Below, piece by piece: positions 24,201-37,400 of a stretch of 64,000 nt of DNA. Within the stretch, counting starts at the first letter, position 1; the number at the start of each line of letters is the position of its first letter. A program made the position numbers and the translations under genes. The notes under the pieces are model-generated. The model searched no databases. It was given only the letters and a program-made list of their open reading frames with translations, and had not been told where the DNA came from. The stretch is taken from assembly GCA_964016885.1 (NCBI GenBank), contig OZ024741.1, positions 246,946,001-247,010,000 on the forward strand, in the 5' to 3' direction. The DNA is from Eledone cirrhosa (Eukaryota).

Positions 24201-27200
24201 TTTGTTTACAAATTATCTCCGCCTGATTTTTTAAAAAAAATTATCTCCCCTTGGACGGCTGTAAATTATCTCCCCTTGGACGGCTAGAAATTACCTCTCC
24301 TTGGACGGCTGAAAATTATCTCCCCTTGGACGGCTGGAAATTATCTCCCCTTGATTTTTTTACAAATTATCTCCCCCTGATTTTTTTTTACAAATTATCT
24401 CCCCCTGATTTTTTTTTACAAATTATCTACCCCTGATTTTTTTTTACAAATTATCTCCCCCTGATTTTTTTTACAAATTATCTCCCCGATTTTTTTTTAC
24501 AAATTATCTCCCCCTGATTTTTTTACAAATTATCTCCCCCTGATTTTTTTTACAAATTATCTCCGCCTGATTTTTTTAAATATTATCTCTCCTTGGCTGG
24601 CGGGAAATTATCTCCCCTTGGACGGCTGGAAATTATCTCCCCTTGGAAGGATGGAAATTATCTCCCCTTGGACGGCTGGAAATTATCTACCCCTGATTTT
24701 TTTTATAAATTATCTCCCCCTGATTTTTTTACAAATTATCTCCCCCTGATTTTTTTTACAAATTATCTCCGCCTGATTTTTTTAAATGTTATCTCTCCTT
24801 GGCTGGCGGGAAATTATCTCCCCTTGGACGGCTGGAAATTATCTCCCCTTGGAAGGATGGAAATTATCTCCCCTTGGAGGGCTGAAAATTATCTACCCCT
24901 GATTTTTTTTACAAATTATCTCCCCCTGATTTTTTTTACAAATTATCTCCCCCTGATTTTTTTTACAAATTATCTCCCCCTGATTTTTTTTACAAATTAT
25001 CTCCGCCTGATTTTTTTAAATGTTATCTCTCCTTGGCTGGCGGGAAATTATCTCCCCTTGGACGGCTGGAAATTATCTCCCCTTGGAAGGATGGAAATTA
25101 TCTCCCCTTGGACGGCTGGAAATTATCTACCCCTGATTTTTTTTACAAATTATCTCCCCCTGATTTTTTTTACAAATTATCTCCCCCTGATTTTTTTTTA
25201 CAAATTATCTACCCCTGATTTTTTTACAAATTATCTCCCCTTGGCTGGCTGGAAATTATCTCCCCTTGGACGGCTAGAAATTACCTCTCCTTGGACGGCT
25301 GAAAATTATCTCCCCTTGGACGGCTGGAAATTATCTCCCCTTGATTTTTTTACAAATTATCTCCCCCTGATTTTTTTTTTACAAATTATCTCCCCCTGAT
25401 TTTTTTTTACAAATTATCTACCCCTGATTTTTTTTTACAAATTATCTCCCCTTGATTTTTTTTACAAATTATCTCCCCCTGATTTTTTTTACAAATTATC
25501 TCCCCCTGATTTTTTTTTACAAATTATCTCCCCCTGATTTTTGTTTACAAATTATCTCCCCCTGATTTTTTTTTACAAATTATCTCCCCCTGATTTTTTT
25601 TTACAAATTATCTCCCCCTAATTTTTTTTTACAAATTATCTCCCCCTAATTTTTTTACAAATTATCTCCCCTTGGCTGGCTGGAAATTATCTCCCCTTGG
25701 AGGCTGGAACTTATCTCCCCTTGGACGGCTAGAAATTACGTCTCCTTGGACGGCTGGAAAATATGTCTCCTTGGACGGCTGGATATTATCTCCCCTTGGA
25801 CGGCTGGAAATTATCTCCCCTTGGACGGCTGGAAATTATCTCCCCTTGGATGGCTAGATATTACCTCCCCTTGGACGGCTGGAAATTATCTCCCCTTGAT
25901 TTTTTTTACAAATTATCTCCCCCTGATTTTTTTTTACAAATTATCTCCCCCTGATTTTTTTTTACAAATTATCTCCCCCTGATTTTTGTTTACAAATTAT
26001 CTCCGCCTGATTTTTTAAAAAAAATTATCTCCCCTTGGACGGCTGGAAATTATCTCCCCTTGGACGGCTAGAAATTACCTCTCCTTGGACGGCTGAAAAT
26101 TATCTCCCCTTGGACGGCTGGAAATTATCTCCCCTTGATTTTTTTACAAATTATCTCCCCCTGATTTTTTTTTACAAATTATCTCCCCCTGATTTTTTTT
26201 TACAAATTATCTACCCCTGATTTTTTTTTACAAATTATCTCCCCCTGATTTTTTTTACAAATTATCTCCCCCTGATTTTTTTTTACAAATTATCTCCCCC
26301 TGATTTTTTTACAAATTATCTCCCCCTGATTTTTTTTACAAATTATCTCCGCCTGATTTTTTTAAATATTATCTCTCCTTGGCTGGCGGGAAATTATCTC
26401 CCCTTGGACGGCTGGAAATTATCTCCCCTTGGAAGGATGGAAATTATCTCCCCTTGGACGGCTGGAAATTATCTACCCCTGATTTTTTTTACAAATTATC
26501 TCCCCCTGATTTTTTTACAAATTATCTCCCCCTGATTTTTTTTACAAATTATCTCCGCCTGATTTTTTTAAATGTTATCTCTCCTTGGCTGGCGGGAAAT
26601 TATCTCCCCTTGGACGGCTGGAAATTATCTCCCCTTGGAAGGATGGAAATTATCTCCCCTTGGAGGGCTGAAAATTATCTACCCCTGATTTTTTTTACAA
26701 ATTATCTCCCCCTGATTTTTTTTACAAATTATCTCCCCCTGATTTTTTTTACAAATTATCTACCCCTGATTTTTTTTACAAATTATCTCCCCCTGATTTT
26801 TTTTACAAATTATCTCCCCCTGATTTTTTTTTTACAAATTATCTCCCCCTGATTTTTTTACAAATTATCTCCCCCTGATTTTTTTTTTACAAATTATCTC
26901 CCCCTGATTTTTTTACAAATTATCTCCCCTTGGCTGGCTGGAAATTATCTCCCCTTGGAGGCAGGAACTTATCTCCCCTTGGACGGCTAGAAATTACCTC
27001 TCCTTGGACGACTGGAAAATATGTCTCCTTGGACGGCTGGATATTATCTCCCCTTGGACGGCTGGAAATTATCTCCCCTTGGACGGCTGGAAATTATCTA
27101 CCCCTGATTTTTTTTACAAATTATCTCCCCCTGATTTTTTTTACAAATTATCTCCCCCTGATTTTTTTTTACAAATTATCTACCCCTGATTTTTTTACAA

Positions 27201-27406
27201 ATTATCTCCCCTTGGCTGGCTGGAAATTATCTCCCCTTGGACGGCTAGAAATTACCTCTCCTTGGACGGCTGAAAATTATCTCCCCTTGGACGGCTGGAA
27301 ATTATCTCCCCTTGATTTTTTTACAAATTATCTCCCCCTGATTTTTTTTTTACAAATTATCTCCCCCTGATTTTTTTTTACAAATTATCTACCCCTGATT
27401 TTTTTT
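18214..27406 (+). repeat. 9004-bp tandem duplication, copy 2, plus ~190 bp of terminal homology
   Basis: The +9004 offset is constant. The match ends near 27400, where a T8 tract is T9 and the downstream monomers differ. Confidence 0.93.
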
Positions 27407-30400
27407 TACAAATTATCTCCCCTTGATTTTTTTTACAAATTATCTCCCCCTGATTTTTTTTACAAATTATCTCCCCCTGATTTTTTTTTACAAATTATCT
27501 CCCCCTGATTTTTGTTTACAAATTATCTCTGCCTGATTTTTTTTTTACAAATTATCTCCCCCTGATTTTTTTTTACAAATTATCTCCCCCTGATTTTTTT
27601 TTACAAATTATCTCCCCCTGATTTTTTTTTACAAATTATCTCCCCCTAATTTTTTTTTACAAATTATCTCCCCCTAATTTTTTTACAAATTATCTCCCCT
27701 TGGCTGGCTGGAAATTATCTCCCCTTGATTTTTTTTACAAATTATCTCCCCCTGATTTTTTTTAACAAATTATCTCCCCCTGATTTTTTTTTACAAATTA
27801 TCTCCCCCTAATTTTTTTTTACAAATTATCTCCCCCTAATTTTTTTACAAATTATCTCCCCTTGGCTGGCTGGAAATTATCTCCCCTTGGAGGCTGGAAC
27901 TTATCTCCCCTTGGACGGCTAGAAATTACGTCTCCTTGGACGGCTGGAAAATATGTCTCCTTGGACGGCTGGATATTATCTCCCCTTGGACGGCTGGAAA
28001 TTATCTCCCCTTGGACGGCTGGAAATTATCTCCCCTTGGATGGCTAGATATTACCTCCCCTTGGACGGCTGGAAATTATCTCCCCTTGATTTTTTTTACA
28101 AATTATCTCCCCCTGATTTTTTTTTACAAATTATCTCCCCCTGATTTTTTTTTACAAATTATCTCCGCCTGATTTTTTTAAAAAAATTATCTCCCCTTGG
28201 ACGGCTGGAAATTATCTCCCCTTGGACGGCTAGAAATTACCTCTCCTTGGACGGCTGAAAATTATCTCCCCTTGGACGGCTGGAAATTATCTCCCCTTGA
28301 TTTTTTTACAAATTATCTCCCCCTGATTTTTTTTTACAAATTATCTCCCCCTGATTTTTTTTTACAAATTATCTACCCCTGATTTTTTTTTACAAATTAT
28401 CTCCCCCTGATTTTTTTTACAAATTATCTCCCCCTGATTTTTTTTTACAAATTATCTCCCCCTGATTTTTTTACAAATTATCTCCCCCTGATTTTTTTTA
28501 CAAATTATCTCCGCCTGATTTTTTTTAATATTATCTCTCCTTGGCTGGCGGGAAATTATCTCCCCTTGGACGGCTGGAAATTATCTCCCCTTGGAAGGAT
28601 GGAAATTATCTCCCCTTGGACGGCTGGAAATTATCTACCCCTGATTTTTTTTACAAATTATCTCCCCCTGATTTTTTTACAAATTATCTCCCGCTGATTT
28701 TTTTTACAAATTATCTCCGCCTGATTTTTTTAAATGTTATCTCTCCTTGGCTGGCGGGAAATTATCTCCCCTTGGACGGCTGGAAATTATCTCCCCTTGG
28801 AGGCTGGAACTTATCTCCCCTTGGACGGCTAGAAATTACCTCTCCTTGGACGGCTGGAAAATATGTCTCCTTGGACGGCTGGATATTATCTCCCCTTGGA
28901 CGGCTGGAAATTATCTCCCCTTGGACGGCTGGAAATTATCTCCCCTTGGATGGCTAGATATTACCTCCCCTTGGACGGCTGGAAATTATCTCCCCTTGAT
29001 TTTTTTTACAAATTATCTCCCCCTGATTTTTTTTTACAAATTATCTCCCCCTGATTTTTGTTTACAAATTATCTCCGCCTGATTTTTTTAAAAAAATTAT
29101 CTCCCCTTGGACGGCTGGAAATTATCTCCCCTTGGACGGCTAGAAATTACCTCTCCTTGGACGGCTGAAAATTATCTCCCCTTGGACGGCTGGAAATTAT
29201 CTCCCCTTGATTTTTTTACAAATTATCTCCCCCTGATTTTTTTTTTACAAATTATCTCCCCCTGATTTTTTTTTTACAAATTATCTCCCCCTGATTTTTT
29301 TACAAATTATCTCCCCCTGATTTTTTTTTTACAAATTATCTCCCCCTGATTTTTTTACAAATTATCTCCCCTTGGCTGGCTGGAAATTATCTCCCCTTGG
29401 AGGCAGGAACTTATCTCCCCTTGGACGGCTAGAAATTACCTCTCCTTGGACGGCTGGAAAATATGTCTCCTTGGACGGCTGGATATTATCTCCCCTTGGA
29501 CGGCTGGAAATTATCTCCCCTTGGACGGCTGGAAATTATCTACCCCTGATTTTTTTTACAAATTATCTCCCCCTGATTTTTTTTACAAATTATCTCCCCC
29601 TGATTTTTTTTTACAAATTATCTACCCCTGATTTTTTTACAAATTATCTCCCCTTGGCTGGCTGGAAATTATCTCCCCTTGGACGGCTAGAAATTACCTC
29701 TCCTTGGACGGCTGAAAATTATCTCCCCTTGGACGGCTGGAAATTATCTCCCCTTGATTTTTTTACAAATTATCTCCCCCTGATTTTTTTTTTACAAATT
29801 ATCTCCCCCTGATTTTTTTTTACAAATTATCTACCCCTGATTTTTTTTTACAAATTATCTCCCCTTGATTTTTTTTACAAATTATCTCCCCCTGATTTTT
29901 TTTACAAATTATCTCCCCCTGATTTTTTTTTACAAATTATCTCCCCCTGATTTTTGTTTACAAATTATCTCTGCCTGATTTTTTTTTTACAAATTATCTC
30001 CCCCTGATTTTTTTTTACAAATTATCTCCCCCTGATTTTTTTTTACAAATTATCTCCCCCTGATTTTTTTTTACAAATTATCTCCCCCTAATTTTTTTTT
30101 ACAAATTATCTCCCCCTAATTTTTTTACAAATTATCTCCCCTTGGCTGGCTGGAAATTATCTCCCCTTGATTTTTTTTACAAATTATCTCCCCCTGATTT
30201 TTTTTTACAAATTATCTCCCCCTGATTTTTTTTTACAAATTATCTCCCCCTAATTTTTTTTTACAAATTATCTCCCCCTAATTTTTTTACAAATTATCTC
30301 CCCTTGGCTGGCTGGAAATTATCTCCCCTTGGAGGCTGGAACTTATCTCCCCTTGGACGGCTAGAAATTACGTCTCCTTGGACGGCTGGAAAATATGTCT

Positions 30401-31250
30401 CCTTGGACGGCTGGATATTATCTCCCCTTGGACGGCTGAAAATTATCTCCCCTTGGACGGCTGGAAATTATCTCCCCTTGGATGGCTAGATATTACCTCC
30501 CCTTGGACGGCTGGAAATTATCTCCCCTTGATTTTTTTACAAATTATCTCCCCCTGATTTTTTTTTACAAATTATCTCCCCCTGATTTTTTTTTACAAAT
30601 TATCTCCCCCTGATTTTTGTTTACAAATTATCTCCGCCTGATTTTTTTAAAAAAATTATCTCCCCTTGGACGGCTGGAAATTATCTCCCCTTGGACGGCT
30701 AGAAATTACCTCTCCTTGGACGGCTGAAAATTATCTCCCCTTGGACGGCTGGAAATTATCTCCCCTTGATTTTTTTACAAATTATCTCCCCCTGATTTTT
30801 TTTTACAAATTATCTCCCCCTGATTTTTTTTTACAAATTATCTACCCCTGATTTTTTTTTACAAATTATCTCCCCCTGATTTTTTTTACAAATTATCTCC
30901 CCCTGATTTTTTTTACAAATTATCTCCCCCTGATTTTTTTACAAATTATCTCCCCCTGATTTTTTTTACAAATTATCTCCGCCTGATTTTTTTAAATATT
31001 ATCTCTCCTTGGCTGGCGGGAAATTATCTCCCCTTGGACGGCTGGAAATTATCTCCCCTTGGAAGGATGGAAATTATCTCCCCTTGGACGGCTGGAAATT
31101 ATCTACCCCTGATTTTTTTTACAAATTATCTCCCCCTGATTTTTTTACAAATTATCTCCCCCTGATTTTTTTTACAAATTATCTCCGCCTGATTTTTTTA
31201 AATGTTATCTCTCCTTGGCTGGCGGGAAATTATCTCCCCTTGGACGGCTG
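26810..31250 (+). repeat. Tandem duplication with ~2.44-2.47 kb period (boundaries approximate)
   Basis: Offsets are 2442 for 26930->29372 and 27862->30304, and 2469 for 28197->30666. Private variant CTCTGCCTGA at ~27527 and ~29969; lone A monomer inside a B run at ~27700 and ~30142. Confidence 0.8.
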
Positions 31251-32266
31251 GAAATTATCTCCCCTTGGAAGGATGGAAATTATCTCCCCTTGGACGGCTG
31301 AAAATTATCTACCCCTGATTTTTTTTACAAATTATCTCCCCCTGATTTTTTTTACAAATTATCTCCCCCTGATTTTTTTTACAAATTATCTACCCCTGAT
31401 TTTTTTTACAAATTATCTCCCCCTGATTTTTTTTACAAATTATCTCCCCCTGATTTTTTTTTTACAAATTATCTCCCCCTGATTTTTTTACAAATTATCT
31501 CCCCCTGATTTTTTTTTTACAAATTATCTCCCCCTGATTTTTTTACAAATTATCTCCCCTTGGCTGGCTGGAAATTATCTCCCCTTGGAGGCTGGAACTT
31601 ATCTCCCCTTGGACGGCTAGAAATTACCTCTCCTTGGACGGCTGGAAAATATGTCTCCTTGGACGGCTGGATATTATCTCCCCTTGGACGGCTGGAAATT
31701 ATCTCCCCTTGGACGGCTGGAAATTATCTCCCCTTGGATGGCTAGATATTACCTCCCCTTGGACGGCTGGAAATTATCTCCCCTTGATTTTTTTTACAAA
31801 TTATCTCCCCCTGATTTTTTTTTACAAATTATCTCCCCCTGATTTTTTTTTACAAATTATCTCCCCCTGATTTTTGTTTACAAATTATCTCCGCCTGATT
31901 TTTTTAAAAAAATTATCTCCCCTTGGACGGCTGGAAATTATCTCCCCTTGGACGGCTAGAAATTACCTCTCCTTGGACGGCTGAAAATTATCTCCCCTTG
32001 GACGGCTGGAAATTATCTCCCCTTGATTTTTTTACAAATTATCTCCCCCTGATTTTTTTTTTACAAATTATCTCCCCCTGATTTTTTTTTACAAATTATC
32101 TACCCCTGATTTTTTTTACAAATTATCTCCCCCTGATTTTTTTTACAAATTATCTCCCCCTGATTTTTTTTTACAAATTATCTCCCCCTGATTTTTTTAC
32201 AAATTATCTCCCCCTGATTTTTTTTACAAATTATCTCCGCCTGATTTTTTTAAATATTATCTCTCC
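31009..32266 (+). repeat. Reference copy of the ~1.25 kb higher-order repeat, 48 monomers: P(4A)-4B-P'(4A)-9B-Q(9A)-5B-R(4A)-9B
   Basis: Monomers counted by hand. Segment lengths of 206, 345, 363 and 344 bp sum to 1258 and match block starts at 31009, 31215, 31560, 31923 and 32267. Confidence 0.92.
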
Positions 32267-34284
32267 TTGGCTGGCGGGAAATTATCTCCCCTTGGACGGC
32301 TGGAAATTATCTCCCCTTGGAAGGATGGAAATTATCTCCCCTTGGACGGCTGGAAATTATCTACCCCTGATTTTTTTTACAAATTATCTCCCCCTGATTT
32401 TTTTACAAATTATCTCCCCCTGATTTTTTTTACAAATTATCTCCGCCTGATTTTTTTAAATGTTATCTCTCCTTGGCTGGCGGGAAATTATCTCCCCTTG
32501 GACGGCTGGAAATTATCTCCCCTTGGAAGGATGGAAATTATCTCCCCTTGGACGGCTGAAAATTATCTACCCCTGATTTTTTTTACAAATTATCTCCCCC
32601 TGATTTTTTTTACAAATTATCTCCCCCTGATTTTTTTTACAAATTATCTACCCCTGATTTTTTCTACAAATTATCTCCCCCTGATTTTTTTACAAATTAT
32701 CTCCCCCTGATTTTTTTTTTACAAATTATCTCCCCCTGATTTTTTTACAAATTATCTCCCCCTGATTTTTTTTTACAAATTATCTCCCCCTGATTTTTTT
32801 ACAAATTATCTCCCCTTGGCTGGCTGGAAATTATCTCCCCTTGGAGGCTGGAACTTATCTCCCCTTGGACGGCTAGAAATTACCTCTCCTTGGACGGCTG
32901 GAAAATATGTCTCCTTGTACGGCTGGATATTATCTCCCCTTGGACGGCTGGAAATTATCTCCCCTTGGACGGCTGGAAATTATCTCCCCTTGATTTTTTT
33001 TACAAATTATCTCCCCCTGATTTTTTTTACAAATTATCTCCCCCTGATTTTTTTTACAAATTATCTACCCCTGATTTTTTTACAAATTATCTCCCCTTGG
33101 CTGGCTGGAAATTATCTCCCCTTGGACGGCTAGAAATTACCTGTCCTTGGACGGCTGAAAATTATCTCCCCTTGGACGGCTGGAAATTATCTCCCCTTGA
33201 TTTTTTTACAAATTATCTCCCCCTGATTTTTTTTTTACAAATTATCTCCCCCTGATTTTTTTTTACAAATTATCTACCCCTGATTTTTTTTTACAAATTA
33301 TCTCCCCTTGATTTTTTTTACAAATTATCTCCCCCTGATTTTTTTTTACAAATTATCTCCCCCTGATTTTTTTTTACAAATTATCTCCCCCTGATTTTTG
33401 TTTACAAATTATCTCCGCCTGATTTTTTTAAAAAAATTATCTCCCCTTGGACGGCTGGAAATTATCTCCCCTTGGACGGCTAGAAATTACCTCTCCTTGG
33501 ACGGCTGAAAATTATCTCCCCTTGGACGGCTGGAAATTATCTCCCCTTGATTTTTTTACAAATTATCTCCCCCTGATTTTTTTTTTACAAATTATCTCCC
33601 CCTGATTTTTTTTTACAAATTATCTAGCCCTGATTTTTTTTTACAAATTATCTCCCCCTGATTTTTTTTACGAATTATCTCCCCCTGATTTTTTTTTACA
33701 AATTATCTCCCCCTGATTTTTTTAAATGTTATCTCTCCTTGGCTGGCGGGAAATTATCTCCCCTTGGACGGCTGGAAATTATCTCCCCTTGGAAGGATGG
33801 AAATTATCTCCCCTTGGACGGCTGAAAATTATCTACCCCTGATTTTTTTTACAAATTATCTCCCCCTGATTTTTTTACAAATTATCTCCGCCTGATTTTT
33901 TTAAATGTTATCTCTCCTTGGCTGGCGGGAAATTATCTCCCCTTGGACGGCTGGAAATTATCTCCCCTTGGAAGGATGGAAATTATCTCCCCTTGGACGG
34001 CTGAAAATTATCTACCCCTGATTTTTTTTACAAATTATCTCCCCCTGATTTTTTTTACAAATTATCTCCCCCTGATTTTTTTTACAAATTATCTACCCCT
34101 GATTTTTTTTGCAAATTATCTCCCCCTGATTTTTTTTACAAATTATCTCCCCCTGATTTTTTTTTACAAATTATCTCCCCCTGATTTTTTTTTTACAAAT
34201 TATCTCCCCCTGATTTTTTTACAAATTATCTCCCCCTGATTTTTTTTACAATCTCCGCCTGATTTTTTAAAAAATTATCTTCCC

Positions 34285-34435
34285 TTGGCTGGCGGGAAAT
34301 TATCTCCCCTTGGACGGCTGGAAATTATCTCCCCTTGGAAGGATGGAAATTATCTCCCCTTGGACGGCTGGAAATTATCTCCCCTTGCACGGCTGGAAAT
34401 TATAGCCCCTTGGAGGGCTGGAAATTATCTCCCCT
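34285..34435 (+). repeat. Variant six-monomer A block 'S': a P-like block extended by TTGCACGGCTGG-AAATTATAGCCCC-TTGGAGGGCTGG and followed by TTGATATTTT. Seven copies.
   Basis: Block starts at 34285, 37534, 40990, 45638, 50154, 55331 and 59875; none seen before 34 kb. Confidence 0.9.
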
Positions 34436-37400
34436 TGATATTTTTTACAAATTATCTCCCCCTGATTTTTTTTTCAAATTATCTCCCCCTGATTTTTTTT
34501 ACAAATTATCTCCCCCCTGATTTTTTTACAAATTATCTCCCCTTGGCTGGCTGGAAATTATCTCCCCTTGGAGGCTGGAACTTATCTCCCCTTGGACGGC
34601 TAGAAATTACCTCTCCTTGGACGGCTGGAAAATATGTCTCCTTGGACGGCTGGATATTATCTCCCCTTGGACGGCTGGAAATTATCTCCCCTTGGACGGC
34701 TGGAAATTATCTCCCCTTGGATGGCTAGATATTACCTCCCCTTGGACGGCTGGAAATTATCTCCCCTTGATTATTTTTACAAATTATCTCCCCCTGATTT
34801 TTTTTTACAAATTATCTCCCCCTGATTTTTTTTTAAAAATTATCTCCCCCTGATTTTTGTTTACAAATTATCTCCGCCTGATTTTTTTTTTAAAATTATC
34901 TCCCCTTGGACGGCTGGAAATTATCTCCCCTTGGACGGCTGGAAATTATATCTCCTTGGACGGCTAGAATTTACCTCTCCTTGGACGGCTGAAAATTATC
35001 TCCCCTTGGACGGCTGGAAATTATCTCCCCTTGATTTTTTTTACAAATTATCTCCCCCTGATTTTTTTTTACAAATTATCTCCCCCTGATTTTTTTTACA
35101 AATTATCTCCCCCTGATTTTTTTTTACAAATTATCTCCGCCTGATTTTTTTTACAAATTATCTCCGCCTGATTTTTTTAAATATTATCTCTCCTTGGCTG
35201 GCGGGAAATTATCTCCCCTTGGACGGCTGGAAATTATCTCCCCTTGGAAGGATGGAAATTATCTCCCCTTGGACGGCTGGAAATTATCTACCCCTGATTT
35301 TTTTTACAAATTATCTCCCCCTGATTTTTTTACAAATTATCTCCCCCTGATTTTTTTTACAAATTATCTACCCCTGATTTTTTCTACAAATTATCTCCCC
35401 CTGATTTTTTTTACAAATTATCTCCCCCTGATTTTTTTTTTACAAATTATCTCCCCCTGATTTTTTTACAAATTATCTCCCCCTGATTTTTTTTTTACAA
35501 ATTATCTCCCCCTGATTTTTTTACAAATTATCTCCCCTTGGCTGGCTGGAAATTTTCTCCCCTTGGAGGCTGGAACTTATCTCCCCTTGGACGGCTAGAA
35601 ATTACCTCTCCTTGGACGGCTGGAAAATATGTCTCCTTGGACGGCTGGATATTATCTCCCCTTGGACGGCTGGAAATTATCTCCCCTTGGACGGCTGGAA
35701 ATTATCTCCCCTTGGATGGCTAGATATTACCTCCCCTTGGACGGCTGGAAATTATCTCCCCTTGATTTTTTTTACAAATTATCTCCCCCTGATTTTTTTT
35801 TACAAATTATCTCCCCTTGATTTTTTTTTACAAATTATCTCCCCCTGATTTTTGTTTACAAATTATCTCCGCCTGATTTTTTAAAAAAAATTATCTCCCC
35901 TTGGACGGCTGGAAATTATCCCCCCTTGGACGGCTAGAAATTACCTCCTTGGACGGCTGAAAATTATCTCCCCTTGGACGGCTGGAAATTATCTCCCCTT
36001 GATTGTTTTACAAATTATCTCCCCCTGATTTTTTTTTTACAAATTATCTCTCCCTGATTTTTTTTTACAAATTATCTACCCCTGATTTTTTTTTACAAAT
36101 TATCTCCCCCTGATTTTTTTTACAAATTATCTCCCCTGATTTTTTTTTACAAATTATCTCCCCCTGATTTTTTTACAAATTATCTCCCCCTGATTTTTTT
36201 TACAAATTATCTCCGCCTGATTTTTTTAAATATTATCTCTCCTTGGCTGGCGGGAAATTATCTCCCCTTGGACGGCTGGAAATTATCTCCCCTTGGAAGG
36301 ATGGAAATTATCTCCCCTTGGACGGCTGGAAATTATCTACCCCTGATTTTTTTTACAAATTATCTCCCCCTGATTTTTTTTACAAATTATCTCCCCCTGA
36401 TTTTTTTTTACAAATTATCTACATCTGATTTTTTTACAAATTATCTCCCCTTGGCTGGCTGGAAATTATCCCCCCTTGGACGGCTAGAAATTACCTCTCC
36501 TTGGACGGCTGAAAATTATCTCCCCTTGGACGGCTGGAAATTATCTCCCCTTGATTTTTTTACAAATTATCTCCCCCTGATTTTTTTTTTACAAATTATC
36601 TCCTCCTGATTTTTTTTTACAAATTATCTACCCCTGATTTTTTTTTACAAATTATCTCCCCCTGATTTTTTTTTACAAATTATCTCCCCCTGATTTTTGT
36701 TTACAAATTATCTCCGCCTGATTTTTTTTAAAAAATTATCTCCCCTTGGACGGCTGGAAATTATCTCCCCTTGGACGGCTAGAAATTACCTCTCCTTGGA
36801 CGGCTGAAAATTATCTCCCCTTGGACGGCTGGAAATTATCTCCCCTTGATTTTTTTACAAATTATCTCCCCCTGATTTTTTTTTTACAAATTATCTCCCC
36901 CTGATTTTTTTTTACAAATTATCTACCCCTGATTGTTTTTTACAAATTATCTCCCCCTGATTTTTTTTTACGAATTATCTCCCCCTGATTTTTTTTTACA
37001 AATTATCTCCCCCTGATTTTTTTCAATGTTATCTCTCCTTGGCTGGCGGGAAATTATCTCCCCTTGGACGGCTGGAAATTATCTCCCCTTGGAAGGATGG
37101 AAATTATCTCCCCTTGGACGGCTGAAAATTATCTACCCCTGATTTTTTTTACAAATTATCTCCCCCTGATTTTTTTACAAATTATCTCCGCCTGATTTTT
37201 TTTAATGTTATCTCTCCTTGGCTGGCGGGAAATTATCTCCCCTTGGACGGCTGGAAATTATCTCCCCTTGGAAGGATGGAAATTATCTCCCCTTGGACGG
37301 CTGAAAATTATCTACCCCTGATTTTTTTTACAAATTATCTCCCCCTGATTTTTTTTACAAATTATCTCCCCCTGATTTTTTTTACAAATTATCTACCCCT

